Positions 15,913-37,539 of a stretch of DNA of 64,000 bases are shown here, one piece after another. The stretch lies in NCBI RefSeq assembly GCF_009914755.1, contig NC_060931.1. One strand, written 5' to 3'. The stretch comes from the human T2T-CHM13v2.0 reference genome, Homo sapiens. Position numbers and translations under genes: made by a program. The notes under the pieces were generated by a model. The model had not been told where the DNA came from. It was given only the letters and a program-made list of their open reading frames with translations, and did not search any database. Numbering within the stretch: position 1 is the stretch's first letter; the number at the start of each line of letters is the position of its first letter.

Positions 15913-17788
15913 TCAGGCCAGCCTGATGTAGGATGTATAGCATGGAGGAGTAGAACACATGCTTTGCGTGGACAAACTACTCCTAAGGTAGGGAAAGGAA
16001 AGTGTTGGAAAGGTATTCCCAGTTCCTCTTCCCCAGACACTCATCAGGTAACTCATTCCACTGCCATGGAAAGGAATGAGAAGTGGAATAAGGGGCCAAG
16101 AGTATTTAAGGAAAAATTCCTCTTTGCAGAAACTGAAGGTGTCAGGAAGAAGTGTTCTCATGTTTCTCTTAGCTTTATTGGAGAATCAAATGAGATGATG
16201 CCTGTAAAGTGTGCCCCATACATGGTAAATGTTCAATAAATATTAGCTATTATTATGATGTGTATTATTATTATTAACTATACCATTAGCAGGATTTCAA
16301 TGAATGTGACTGGACCCTTGGTATGTATCAGAAGCCATCTAGTGGTGCTCTAGAGATCAGAACTGCTTTTAATTTTTCAAGTTCTAAATTCTGATTTTCA
16401 TTTTATTTGGGTATTAACCCTTAAAATTTGGGTAAATTAGCAAGTGATGTTATTTATTTTTCTGAAACATATTTCAATATGTTGCCTTTTGTCTGGCAAC
16501 ATATTCTATAAAAGGTGTTTCTCCATCAACTAGATAGTTCATACATGCAGGTGTGGACGGACTCCAGATCATCTGCTTACAGCCGAGGTCCAAGGTTTCA
16601 CAGCTGATACCGCACAATGTGTGGATGTATATACAGATCCTTTTAGTTGAACAAACTGGAGCTACGTATTTTGGCACAGCAGAGAGGCTTTTCTCATCAT
16701 CAGACACAACATTCTAACTCTTCTCTTTTAAGAGCCCTGTGTTTATATTTTCTTTTCTCCTCTATCTCCCTAAGGGATGTTACATATTTTGTGTTACGAC
16801 CCCAAGTTAAATGCCCATAAAATTACACTGTGTTTAAAGCCAAAATTTACCAGGACACAATGTGTTTTCTTCACCACACTCTAAACCACAGTATTTCATG
16901 TCCTAGATTGTCCAGTGACTCTGTTTTCAGAAGAGACCAAGGTGTAAATATTATACTTTTTCTAGAGGTATAAATATTATAGCTCAAGTTTGTCAGCCAC
17001 GTGCCAATAAAGAAGTGATAGGAATGAGCCTTCTATCTCTTTTACCAGGTGTTAAGAGTGACAATCCTTGTGTGAAAGTTCCCCCTCCATAGCCTGGCAG
17101 TGTCTGCTGGCATCAATTTCTTCAACTACTGTATGCCTGAATAATTGACAGAGCTAAGCGGATGCAGGTTCCTTTTTTTCACCAAGTTCCCCTTGAGTGC
17201 TTCAGCAACATGAGGCAATTTATCAGTTTTTTTGTGCAACAGTGCATAGACTTTTTAAAGAATGAATTTAGACTTTCTCCTTCTGTTAAAAAAATAAGTA
17301 GTTCTCAGGTTCACAACGTTAAAAGCCCCAAATGGGATAGTCAGACCAGCAGTATCAGCAGGCCCACGTAACCCAAGTCATAGGCCCCCTATTGCTTTTT
17401 TCATTTTGCTTCATTTTCCTTTGAAGAAAGACCCAATTACAAAGGTTTGTGGATTTTTCTAAGGATGTTTCCTCCATAGAGGTTACATTCAGCTCTTTAG
17501 CAAGAAAAATGCCAGAGCAATTAGTGGCTCTGGGGAACCACTAGCCATTTGTGTACTATTTCAGAAGAGCCCTTTGTGGGCATCAGTAGCCTCTACACAG
17601 AGATTCCTTTCAGAATGTAAATGTTTCTTAAACATTTGGAAGATACCTAAAATTGAAATCATCGGTGATATCCTCACAAAGAAGCTTTTGTTGTTTACTC
17701 TGTGTCAGAAGATATCATGGCATGGTTTCTTTTCATCACTTCTCTGCTCACCTCCAGCTTGTGAGCTCTCGTTTCTCTTTAGCATTCA

Positions 17789-18115
<327 letters not shown>

Positions 18116-18904
18116 TGATCTCTGATATACTTCCAAAAAACCTGCTTGCTGCCAAAATGAAGAAATACATAGCTGCAAGGAGGTTAGTAATTTCCTAGGT
18201 GACATTTTAATAAGAAACCCATTTTTGGATAATAGTCCAGTTGAAACTAATTCTTTACTATCCCTCCTGGTCAGGAAATAGCATGTCCAAATTAATCTAA
18301 TGTCCTGGTGCCTTGTATACTGTAATGTTTACTATTGTGATGGTGCTACATCTTAAAGGATTATCAATTTGTGAAGAATCAGAAATAACTAATTATAAAG
18401 CCAAGAGGAGTATTATTTAAACTTTCGTTGACTGAGGCATTAGCCTAGGATCTTGCAGGTACTTCTTAGGATTAGGAGCAGCTGTTAGTTTCCAGTGGCT
18501 ATACAAATCGTGCAGGTTAATAAGGTTCTGGTTAACGGAATGCCAGAAAACAGAAATTTATTACAGCACTCAAGCATTAATGTGGAATATAATAGTCATG
18601 CCTTTCCAAAGAAACCAACAAAGCCTAAACTATTTTAATGGCTTAAATTAAATATACTAAGCTTTTGGGGCGTTAACCTTTCAGAAACAGAATAAAACAG
18701 CCAAGTAGGAGGAGTTCGGATAGGAGGAGAAGAAAATGTACATTTTGATAATACATTGTCAGAAAATAAAACTTCTGTTATGCAATGGCCATCTAAAGTT
18801 TTAAAAGCTTTTAAGTGCAATTGTGTGTTTTTTAAATCCTACCATACAACTATTTAGATTTTCAAAACAGAGAAATTAGAAAGGGATAAAGTCTTTCACT
18901 TTAA

Positions 18905-19160
18905 GAAAACTAAATGATGAGAACACATGGACACATACAGTGGAACGACACACACTGGGACCTTTCAGAGGGTGGAGGGTGGGAGGAGGGAGAAGACCAG
19001 GAAAAATAACTAATGGGTACTAGGCTTAATACCTGGGTTATGAAATAATCTGTACAACAAACCCCATGACATAAGTTTACCTATGCAACAAACCTCCACA
19101 TGTACCCCTGAACTTAAAATAAAAGTCAAAAGAAAAGAATATATCCAAAAGAAAAGAAAA
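18905..19160 (+). mobile_element. L1PA13-16-like 3' UTR fragment
   Basis: gagaacacatggacac...aactaatgggtactaggcttaatacctggg...cctgaacttaaaataaaagt. Confidence 0.8.
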
Positions 19161-20130
19161 GGCTGACAAGAAGTGGATGGAGAACCCGTACACACTACAG
19201 TGCCCTGTAGCCTGAAGGAGACCCGAAATATCCTTACTAGGTAGGCCTAAACATTTTTCTCCAGGAGCCCAAAACCCTGACCTTGTTAGACAGGTTTTAA
19301 GCATTCTCCAACCAGTCAACTCTCTTGCATTATTGAAAATAAGAATTGCATTTCAGAAATTCTCTTTTTGTAACTTTCAGCAAAATATCCATTGCATAAA
19401 GTACTGTTGTATATTATTTCATCTATCTTCTCATATTCTTCACTTAAAATTTCATTTAGAAAGTCATATTTTGAAAACAGGGAACAATGGCTTGCCATTC
19501 TTATTCTCCTGTGGTTTTAATTCAGAGTTAATTCTACCTCTGTTTTTTTTTATCCCAATTTGTAACTTAGAGTTTCCAGAAATGAAAGTTCTAAGATAGC
19601 CTACCTTCAAGACAGAAGGACTTTGAGAAAAGACGTCTTTGTTGACATAACCATTCCACACACATCCTGTTCCAGTGAAGTTGTCCTATAATGTTCACTA
19701 ACCTGCCTGAGCTTATGTCAGTTGGTGATTTCTATTAACTTTAGCTGCAACTGTAATGTAAGTTATTCTTCAGGTGATTCCCATTTGTAAAATAAAAATA
19801 TTCAATTTTCTTTTTTTCTTTATAAGAAATTAATTTTCTCACAAATAAAATTATTTAGTATGTAAAAAACATTTCAAATATTTTAAAATATTCCAAGTAA
19901 TCCTGAGAGGTGTTTTTTTGAACTATAGTTTGAATTCAAAGATCTTCTGCATCCTCCAAAATAAAAGGAATTCTTTTCATGGAAACAATGTGTTTTAACA
20001 ATCTTGTTATCACTAGACAATGCCTTAGACAGCAAGTTGAGTACTGACTAGTGACTGCTGGGAGATACAGAGGGAACAGTAATTTGAAAAAATTTTCAAA
20101 TCACCAACTTTACCTTTTAAGAATTATTCT

Positions 20131-20470
<340 letters not shown>

Positions 20471-20701
20471 CTAATCATAACAAAGTTGCTTCTGTTAAAT
20501 GTCAACTAAATATGAACCCATCTTTAACTAGATTTGAGACTGTGATATTGACCTCCATGAACCTTATTTTAGAGTGTATTGTCTAGATGTTACAGCTCCT
20601 TTAACTGTTCATTCATTTTCCCATTTTCAAACGTATTTTAGTGCCTACTATGTAGTTGCACTATTTTAGATGCTATGTATACGATGATGGACCAAAGACT
20701 A

Positions 20702-21840
20702 TTTTTTTTTTTTTATTCCAAGGTACATGTGCAGGATGTGCAGGTTTCTTACCTAAGTGAACCTGTACCATGGTGATTTGCTGCACCTATCAAGCCGTCA
20801 CCTAGGTATTAAGCCTAGCATGCATGAGCTATTTTTCCTGACGGGCTTCTTCACCCTGCCTAACCCAGCAGGCCCCAGTGTGTGTTGTTCACCCCTGTGT
20901 CTATGTGTTCACATTGTTCAACTCCTGCTTGTAAGTGAGACCATGCAGTGTCTGGTTTTCTGTTCCTGCATTAGTTTGCTGAGGATAATGACTTCCAGCT
21001 CCATCCATGTCCCTGCAAAAGACATGATTTCAGTCCTTTTTATGGATGCATGGTATTCCATGGTGTATATGTACCACATTTTCTTTATCCAGTCTATCAT
21101 TAATGGGCATTTGGGTTGATTCCATGTCTTCGCTATTGTGAACAGTGCTGCAATAAACATATGCATGCATGTGTCTTTATAATACAATGATTTATATTCC
21201 TTTGGGTATATATCCAGTAATGGGATTGCTGGGTCAAATGCTATTTCTGGTTCTAGATCCTTGAGGAATTGCCACACTGTCTTCTACAATGGTTGAACTA
21301 ATTTACATTCTCACCAACAGTGTAAAAGTGTTCCTATTTCTCCACAGCCTCGCCAGCATCTGTTGCTTCTTGGGTTTTTGATAATCACCATTCTGACTGG
21401 CATGAGAAGCATCTCATTGTCGTTTTGATATGCATTTCTCTAATGATCAGTGATGTTGAGCTTTTTTCATGTTTGTTAGCTGCATAAATATCTTCTTTTG
21501 AGAAGTGTCTGTTCATATCCTTTGCCCACTTTTTAATTGGGTTGTGTTTTTTTCTTGTAAATTTGTTAAAGTCCCTCGTAGATTCTAAATATTAGGCCTT
21601 TGTCAGATAGATAGATTGCAAAACTTTTCTCCCATTCTGTAGGTTGTCTGTTCACTTTGATGACAGTTTCTTCTGTATGGAAGCTCTTTAGTTTAATTAA
21701 ATTCCATTTGTCAATTTTTGCTTTTGCTGCAGTTGTTTTTGACGTTTTCCTCATGAAATCTTTGCCCATGCCTATGTCCTGAATGGTATTGCCTAGATTT
21801 TCTTTTAGGGCTTTTATAGCTTTGAGTTTTACATTTAAGG
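20702..21840 (-). mobile_element. 5'-truncated L1PA (older, ~L1PA8-like)
   Basis: ORF2 C-terminal peptides on the minus strand. TSD TGGACCAAAGACT at 20688-20700 and 21841-21853. Confidence 0.9.
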
Positions 21841-23595
21841 TGGACCAAAGACTCTTTCTTCAGAAAGCGTATAATCTCTTAATTGAGATAATACTTGTAA
21901 ATAAATAACTGTAACAATGTAAAAAGTAACCCGGACCCTAAGCTAGGAATTGTCAACAGCTATGAAAGTGCAGAGACAGGCAATATTGCAAATCGGAAGA
22001 ATTTCAGATGGCTTGCTCTGTGGAGGATATTGCATTTGGCTTGAGCACTAAAAGATATTTAACAATGGAACATTTAGGGAAAATCATGGCAAATACTCCA
22101 AAGAGAAGAGAAAAAAGAAAAAAAAACTTGGAGTCATGTGAGGTTCAACCCAAGTGTAAAAGTAAGTGGGGGCTGGATTACAGAGTTTTTGAATACCTGA
22201 CTAAGGTACCTTTCTGTTCTTTAATGTCCAGTAGGGAGCCAGCAAAAAGATTTTGGCTTGATGATCTAGGCAATCTTGTGTAACCTGGATTAGAGTAAGG
22301 GCAAACTGAAGGCAGAGAAAAGTTAGGCCTGTTTTTGAGAGGTAATGAAGGCCTAAAGTAGGGGCGTGTCAATAATACCTACCTATGCAGAAAGAGCACA
22401 CAGGTAGATAAGAGAAGCATGGCAATGCTTGGGATGTGGGTCGAAGAAAAGAGAAGAATCAAATATGACCCACAGTTTTGAACTATTATTCTGTAAAATA
22501 ACAAATAACTAAAGCAGAGTTCTCCCAGGCAGTCTTTCTACTTGTCACCCCTCTTGGTCTCTGTCTCCTCCAGACCTGCCCTGTAGAGCCATGTACCTGC
22601 TAAAAAGGAAGAAAGTAGGTGCCCATTCCTGTGTTGTTCAGTAAGTTGCGGTAAGGCAAGAGTTATATAGCAACCCTCTTGCTAGCTTCAGGAATTATAT
22701 GGCCCTGATAGTCACAGAACTCTAACTCAGTGTGGCTAAGCTACATACCCTGGAAACAGTAACCTGCCATGATACATAACCCTTGCCTGCTTTGCACCCT
22801 CAGTGTGATCACTTTCTCCATCCCAGTAACTGATCTCCTTATAGTTCCTCAAACACAGCAAGCCTCTTTCCAATGCCAGAATCTTTCCACATGCTGTTCC
22901 CTGGAACATCTTTCATGCCAATATCACTTGTCTAGTTTTCAGTCTATTTTTGGCCTTAGCTTAAATGTTGCCCCCTCAAGAGGCCTTACCTGACCACCTT
23001 TTCTAAAGAAGTGCCAACTCTTTATTTTCTATCTGAGCCTTTAGTTTCTTTCCTAGTTAGTACTTACTACAACATACAACTATTTTATTTGTATGCTTAC
23101 TCATTTTTCGCCTCTTCTCCTGACAAAACATTAGCTCCATAATAACATAAACCATGTCCCTTTCCTGGTCACTGTATCCCTAGCACCAAGAACAGTGCTT
23201 GGTACTTCATAGGAGATACTCAATAAGCAACTGTTGAAGCAACTGTTGAATGAATTAGTGAATGAATGGATGAGCCCACTTGTTCAGAAAGCTTTGTATA
23301 ACCAAAAAATAGTATCCTGAATAATTCAATGAAATATAAAAAGAGACAACATGGCTACTTTTCTTTTTTAATTTTCAAAGTAACCTCTTCCTATAAAATG
23401 TATTTATAGAATTAACACAGTGATATTTGGGAAATTGAATATCAGTATTCTCCAGGATTTCTTAATTTCCATAAAAGTTCTGTGGTGCCACACTATTTTG
23501 CAGTGTTTTTCAGCCTTACTAAAAATGAAATCAAATGGAGAATAGAATAGAAAATATCAGCATGCATTGCATGTGGTAAGCATAATTTCAAGAAA

Positions 23596-24112
23596 CTTTT
23601 TTTATTGACTCATAATAATCTCACGTATTTATGGCAAACATATAATGGGATGTTTTAATATATATATAGTGTAAAAATTAAAACAGAATAGTATATCCAT
23701 CACCTCATACATTTATCATTTCTTTGTGGCAAGAACATTCAAAATCCTCTCTTCTCTCTTCTAGCTATTTTGAAATGTATAATATAATGTTGTTAACTAA
23801 TAGTCACCCTACTGTGCAACAGAACACCAGAAATAATTCCTCCTATCTAACTGTAACTTTGTACCTGTTGACCAGTCTCTACTTATCCTTCTTCTGCAGT
23901 CCCTCCCAAGCCTCTGATAACCAGTATTTTACTCCACTTCTATGAGATCAACTCCTTTAAAGTCTACGTATAAGTGAGGTCATGTGATATTTGTCTTTCT
24001 GTGCCTGGCTTATTTCACTTAACATCATGTTCTCCAGGTTCATTCATGTTGCTGCAAATGAAAGGATTTCATTTTTTGATGGTTGAATATATACTTATAT
24101 AACATTTTCTTT
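23596..24112 (-). mobile_element. L1MA-like 3' end; continues at ~30218-30470 beyond the nested L1PA
   Basis: gtgcctggcttatttcacttaac...attcatgttgctgcaaatg, resuming as ctttatcagttcatccattgat after the L1PA. Confidence 0.8.
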
Positions 24113-30217
<6,105 letters not shown>

Positions 30218-30874
30218 ATAACACTTTCTTTATCAGTTCATCCATTGATAGACATTAGGTTGATTGCATAACTTGGCTATTGTGAAGAGTGCTGTAATAA
30301 CATGGGAGTTCAGATATCTCTTTGACATACTAATTTTATTTCCTTTGGACATATACTCAATAGTGGGATTGCTGAATCATATTGTGGTTCTATTTTTAAT
30401 TTTTTGAGGATCCTCCATGTTGTTTTCCATATGGCTATACCAGTTTACATTTCCACCAACAGTGTATCCTTTCTCTGTATCCATACCAGAAAAACAAAGA
30501 AAAGGAAGGAGAAAAAAAACAAAACTTTTCTGTGGCAGGGGAAGAGGGGTGATCCCAATATAAAAATATTTTTCATAGTGATTCAAAGTCAGTACACACT
30601 CTAGTGTTTGCCATGTTATCCTTTTGTGGCTGCTGTCATAGCTCCTCAAATCCAGCCTTGAATTGTTATTTTGCAGTGTTATGATTCCTTATGACCTATC
30701 TGTAATGGAACCCTTCCCACAAATGCACCCCAAAATTCCATTTCTTAATATTTTCTTAACCTCTTTCGGGATGCTTGCGTTCACTGTAAAGTGCATTCCC
30801 AGAGTTTCTTTCAATGTAGAGTGCTGGGCTGCTTTTACCTTAACCAGCAAAACACACACGTGCACGTTTGCATG

Positions 30875-30897
30875 CCCACACACACACACACACACAT
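30875..30897. repeat. (CA)n microsatellite
   Basis: Visible CA run about 150 bp upstream of the exon. Confidence 0.8.
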
Positions 30898-31043
30898 TCA
30901 GAGTGACAGTGGTGAGATTTGCTGTTTTTTAAATCAAGAATAATTTGAAACAATGATTCGACAGACAGTGGAAACATTTGCTAAGTTAAAATTTATTGAC
31001 TTATCTTTTTTGTTTCTTTTGTTTTTCTCTCTTTCTCTCCAAG

Positions 31044-31280
31044 CTGCCTGCCTTGTGCTTGGCTGTATGATTTTCCCTGATGGCTGGGACTCAGATGAAG
31101 TAAAACGGATGTGTGGAGAAAAGACAGACAAGTACACTCTTGGGGCTTGCTCAGTCCGCTGGGCATACATCCTGGCTATTATTGGAATTTTGGATGCCCT
31201 GATCCTCTCATTTCTAGCATTTGTGCTTGGTAATCGACAAGACAGCTTGATGGCAGAGGAACTGAAGGCAGAAAACAAAG
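31044..31280 (+). CDS. LHFPL3: Internal coding exon (probably exon 2) of LHFPL tetraspan subfamily member 3
   Basis: Polypyrimidine tract plus AAG acceptor, and AAG|GTAAGA donor. 237 bp, phase 1-1. Peptide [78 protein letters not shown] is recognised as LHFPL3 (TM3-loop-TM4). Confidence 0.95.
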
Positions 31281-34257
31281 GTAAGATTGCTTTAAGGAAC
31301 TCTTACCTGGATGCCTCAAGCACAAAAAAATGGTGCTCTCCATTCTTTCCCCTCAAATACTAGTGCTTCCCCTGCGGTTCTAATTTGCTGCCTCTTTTAA
31401 TACCGTGTAGCTTGCAGACTTTACCCCAGACTCAACTCAAGAAGCTTACACAATAAAAATATAATATTATACTTACTTATCTTTCTGAAACTCCCTTAGT
31501 CCATTATTATTATTTTGATGCTTTTTTTTTCCGGTTTCTTCTTCCCTCTTCCTCTGATTTCAGGTTTGCCATCAGAACTTAATGGCTAAGATGTAACTGT
31601 GGGTGGTGTCTATTTGGTTGAATGGAAAGTACTTTCTCTCCATGTATTCAGCTATGTTTCAGGTTGAAATAAATGCCTGGAGAATCTCTAACATCATCTA
31701 TATATATCTTTATTAAACTATTTGTGATAATTGAATTCAGACCCAACTTCTCAGAGAGAGGTAGTAACACTGGCCCCAAATAGTTAGTTAGAGATTTCAG
31801 TAGTTACCTAATTAGCTGAATTTTAAATGTGTTGTCTGCGTATCAAAAGTCCTCAGATTTCTTTTCCAAAAGAAATTGCCTTCTGAAACACAAAGAAAAC
31901 CAGGATGGAAAATAGAACATTGACTATTGAATGATACGTAAATATATCATAGTGGGCAAATAAGAGGTAGCAAGTTGTTATTGAAGATGAATCTTTTAAT
32001 TTTCTTTTCAGATTTCTAAACCAATTTTTTGGGATAGAATTTTGGTGTCTCTGTTTTTTTAGTAGACTTAGATTCATTTAACAGTTTTATCTTTATGTTA
32101 TCTTTAACTTTAAAACTGTGCACTTACATTATCACCTTTAGCTGAGTGGCTCCTTCTTCTAGCTCTTATTTCTAATTGGGAGCTAAATCCATCCTTGAAG
32201 TATGAGATTTAGCTTATTATTTCAAGTAGGTGCTAATTTCAAAAACCCTTCACTGCTTCAACGGGACTCAAATATAAGTATATACTAGTTTCTACATAAC
32301 TGTCACATGTAATGATATAGCAGGCTTTATATCTAGACCATCACTGTTTATGCGGGTAAACTATGACATAGAAATAGTCTATGGACTAAAATGGAGCAGC
32401 CCAGCAGAGCAGCAGTCACCCACAAACCCCTTTTCTCCCTGATTTATAGACAGAACACATATTAGTTTTCTTAGTTCTATCAAAAATATTCTAAACACAA
32501 AAATAACCCTTACACAGGGGAGTGGTGCTGAAACTTCCTAAAAACAAAAGTACCACCTTCTCAGAGCTGCCCTTTCTAGATAAAAAGGATGATATGAAGA
32601 TAATTACACTTTTATTTACATTATAGATTTTGTGCTTTCACAGGCATTCATTAGTGTGGTACCTTTGTTGTCTTTGTAGCTTGTTGGATGTAGACAGGTC
32701 TCTGTCCAGTTAACTTTACTTCAAATGTAATGGTAAGGAGAATTCAATATTAGAACAAGCTATCTTTTTCAAAAGAATGAATTAAATAAAAGCCTAGCTT
32801 GTTCTGCAGATTATGATTTTTGCCCCCACCTAAATGGACCAGAATGCTATTGTTTCCTGTACAGTTCAAAGTCATATTGAGAACCTTTCACTTTCCAGAC
32901 ATCTTTTGACCACAAACAAAGAGAAAAAAATTCACAAGAAGAAAAATATAACAAAAGCAGGAAGATTTTTACTTGGGAATTGAGAATTACAACTCATACT
33001 CATGTATGAGTGACAATAATTCTCCCGATTCATGGTTCAGAAAAGAACAGCTTAGAGGTATAGAATAATGCTCAACAGTTTTCAAAATTGGTCTTTCCTT
33101 CTGGTTGATGCATTTATAGGTTGATGTCTGATCCTTTCCGTCTGAGTCTTCATTAAACAAAGCATCGTGTTCCGTCAGTGATATATTAAACCACCTTGCT
33201 ATAACTTTTGATGAGAAAGAAGGTTTAGGGATTATCTTTGCATAATTTTTCTGTGTTCATCATCTTCTCCATTTGCATATGTGACCGTAGTTTCTTCCAT
33301 CTTGTTCTGAAGGACGAAAATTAGTAGGAGTTCATCTGTATCAAACCAGATAGATCCAATAAAGCAGTGGGATCATCAGGCCACATTGATGAAACATTTC
33401 AGTTGCACCACATTTTTATTTCTCAATTGAAATTCCTTAATCTCAGACTCTGAGAAGATGTAAACAGCTCTATTGTAGGGAATATCAGACCCTCATGCAA
33501 TGGGATCTACACAAAATCAGACCAGGATTTCTAAGCCTTGTATAAAATTTAGTCAAACCTGCATGTTCCTGGGAAATGGTACAAGATTTACACTTGCTAT
33601 ACAAAGTAGTCTTTATTGTTTGGTATTATTTAAACACTTGCTAAACATTGAAGCTTCCAAAGTCAGATTGTTTGCGGAAAGACCAATCAGTAGTTGTGTA
33701 TGTTGTATGTGTGAATATAGTTTCATTAAACAGTAGTTTAGTAGTGTTCAGGTGCATGTAATTATCAAAATTAAATGTCATCAATGCTATCTTCTATAGA
33801 TTCTAAAGGAAGAGAGGTTGGTTTTAACTAAAAATATAAGAATAATTTGAAATTGTGTAATTAATTATATATAAATGGGTGCTTTTACAAATTGCATGGA
33901 TGCATTGATATAACTTTTCACCTATTAAGACTTTTTTCACTATTTTTTTTTGCTGCTGTTCTTGTTTTGGATTTCACTATTAAGTTTTTTTCTGATAAAA
34001 CTACTGAGATGTACAATGGTAGTCAAGGCTTCCTTTTGGTTTCAGGGCAATGCAGTGAGACAAGCAAATCTAGTTCCAGCTTGGAATTTTAGAAGAATTT
34101 ATTCAGCACATGATGACTTTCAGTGTCATGGAAGAAGGCAATGTCATATCTCAAGACTTGGCTCAACAGAGCAAAGTATTCATACATTCTGATAGAGATT
34201 ACACATCTGAAAGGGATACACACTGTAATGTCTTTTATAATCTTCCAGTTTTATGGT

Positions 34258-34634
34258 TGATATGGTCTGGCTCTCTTTCCCCATTGAAATCTCATCTTAA
34301 ATTGTAATCCAAATTATAATTTCCACGTGTTGGGAAAGGGACCTCATGGGAAGTGATTAGATCATGGAGGTGGCTCCCCCATGCTGTTCTCATGATAGCG
34401 AGTAATTTTCATGAGATCCGATGGTTTTATAAGTGTCTGGCATTTCCCCCGCTGGCACTTCTCTCTCCTGCTGCCATGTGAAGAAGGATGTATTTGCTTC
34501 CCCTTCCACCATGATTGTAAGTTTCCTGAGGCCTCCCCAGCAATGTGGAACTGTGAGTCAATTAAACCTCTTTCCTTTATAAATTACACAGTCTCAAGAA
34601 GTTCTTCATAGCAGCATGAAAATGAACAAATGCA
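34258..34634 (+). mobile_element. THE1/MST MaLR solo LTR
   Basis: tgatatggt...attaaacctctttcctttataaattac...ca with 5-bp TSD ATGGT. Confidence 0.9.
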
Positions 34635-34831
34635 ATGGTCTACCAATTATATCACTTACATCCCATAATGAACAACAAGAGCATTATAGTGAGAATAGCC
34701 TGAAATTGTAGAATATGCCCCTAATGTGAAGTTCTTCCTGAGTGTCACTTTCATGTCATGATGATGTCTTCTTTTTGTGGCTATTGTAATTAATGCAGCA
34801 ACACACTTCCCCATTTATCTGGAAAGGCCAC

Positions 34832-35185
34832 TGTATTAGTCTGTTCTCACGCTGCTAATAAAGACATACCTGAGACTGGGTAATTTATAAAGGAAAGAAG
34901 TTTAATTGATTCACAGTTCCACATGGCTGGGGAGGTCTCACAATCATGGTGGAAGGCAAAGGAAGAGCAAAGTCACATCTACAGGGCAGCAGGCAAGAGC
35001 TTATGCAGGGGAACTCCCATTTATAAAACCATCACATCTTGTGAGACTTACTCATTATCACGAGAACAGTATAGGGGAAACCGCCCCCATGATTCAATTA
35101 ATCTCCACCTGGTCCTGGCCTTGACATGTGGGAATTATTACAATTCAAGGTGGGATTTGGGTGGGGACACAGGCAAACCATATCA
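34832..35185 (-). mobile_element. THE1 (THE1C-like) solo LTR
   Basis: tgtattagtctgttctcacgctgctaataaag...aaccatatca with 5-bp TSD GCCAC. Confidence 0.9.
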
Positions 35186-35885
35186 GCCACCATATAGATT
35201 CAGGCTTTCTAAGTGTCATTGCAGCAAGGATATTGCTTAGATCCATGAATGCTTCCCAACATTCCACCTAATGGATACACAAAAAATCACTGTTACATGA
35301 ATTCTAAAATATGTAAGGGAAGGGAAAAAGCTCAATTCTAATTGTTGAACTATGCTCTACTCACAGAGTCTTTAGATGAAAGGGAATACAAGATGCTGCT
35401 GAACCATAAATTAATCGTCACAAAGGTGATATTCAAAAGGAAAACAAGGGAGGGGTGTACACAGCTAAAAGTCTCCACTTCTACAGACTGCTTTTTCCTT
35501 GACACACTTCAGTCAACTAGCCCCAATCCTCTTTTCAGTGTCCCCCTTCAATGCCTCCCACATGCCTAAGTTTCTCCTTTCCACGAGATCATTTGAAAGA
35601 AGTCACAGCTAAGATTTATCATAAATTGTAAAGTGGGAAAATTAAAATGAAGGAATTTTAACATACTTAAAAAGTACATTAAAAATGTACTTTCATGAAA
35701 CAGAAGGCAACAAGTTTGAAGACACAACTGTTGTCTTAAAGAAAACCTTTATAAGAGATAAACTGAATCATCCATGGAGCTCCAGTGAAGTGCCAGAATA
35801 TTTCTTTATGCCAAAAAAAAAAAAAAAAAAGCCCCACTGAAAAACAAAGAAAAGTGAAACCTCTTTAAATATCTAACTAACTTAA

Positions 35886-36196
35886 TTTTTTTTTTTTTTC
35901 TTAGAGACAGAGTCTCACTCTGTTGCCCAGGCCAGAGAGCAGTGACACGATCATAGCTCACTATAGCCTTGAACCCCTGGGTGCAAGCGATCCTCCTGCC
36001 TTAGCCTCTGGAGTAGCTAGGACTACAAGTGTGTGCCATCACATCCTGCTACATTTTTGTGTATTGGCGGCGGGGGTTGTTTTTTGTAGAGACAGGGTAC
36101 CCAGGCTGGCCTCAAACTCCCGGTTTCAAGGGATCCTCCTGCCTCGGCCTCCCAAAGCAGCAGGATTACAAGTGTGAGCTGCAATGTCCAGTGCCA
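35886..36196 (-). mobile_element. AluJ
   Basis: Poly-T followed by gagacagagtctcact...atcatagctcactatagcc, diverged. Confidence 0.85.
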
Positions 36197-37225
36197 ACTA
36201 ACTTTATATAGGAGCTGGCACATGCAAGAAAACTCAACTGCCTGCTCTGAATTTGGGGAGCAGCTCTACAGGATGTGTGCTATCCCTGGCTCTGGGGCTG
36301 ATCATGGACAGGCAGGTATTGTTTGGGAGTTCAGCAGCATGATTTCTAAATGAGCCAATAACAGTAGGCATTTAACCTTGATATGCTGCTTAATTGCATA
36401 TTTTAACACACTGAACTGTGAAGTCAATTTAATTATGTAAAATTAAAGTTTCATCCAGATAAAAAGGATTTGAAATGAAAGCTTCATTTTCAGTTTCTTT
36501 CATTAATTATGAAAGGATAAATAATTACATTTTCCAGAGCTCCTATGCCACAAATATCTCTTTCCTTGTCAGACACCATTCATAAAGAGGTCTGTTTCTG
36601 CATTTGTGTATATGGTCTTTGGAATTTCTTATCAGATAATTGGGTCCTCTCCTGAACAATTTTAAAGTTACTTTGTCTTCTAGCACTTAAACTACAAATG
36701 AGAATACATGATTAACCATCAAGAGGTGACTCCAGCCACCATTTATATATTAAGGGTTTAAGCTCTTTTCAATGCCATAGTGGAGGAGGTAGAATAAATT
36801 CACTTTATTTAAGCAACTAATTGAGAAATCTTTCAAAATTTTTGTTTTAGGTATCACACCATGCTATGGCCACACTGGGAGTGGCGGTGTGGTGTAGTGG
36901 AAAGATTGTCCACTTGGATCAAGCTGCCCAGTGCTAGTCCTGTCTCTGACACCAGCTGAGGAGCCTTGGGCCAATATCTTAATAGTTCCAAAATTAAGCT
37001 TCCTGGCCTGTGAAATGCAGGGCATGACCAAATGTCATCTGAGGGTCTTTCTAGCTATAATATATTTCAATTCTATGGATATCTTCAGAGGTGTTCTTTA
37101 AAAAGAGGACATGAGGGCAGTAAATGCTCCTGCCTTCATATCAGTGAGCACATTAAATACTCTTTTAGGAACTTGTTAGTATGCAGTGTTGACTAGGGGA
37201 GGGGATAGGTAAAAGTCAAAGGGGA

Positions 37226-37539
<314 letters not shown>

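Noticed and set aside
30953-31363. 136-aa ORF as a standalone gene
   Set aside because: Only 31044-31280 is bounded by splice sites and matches LHFPL3. The rest is intronic read-through.
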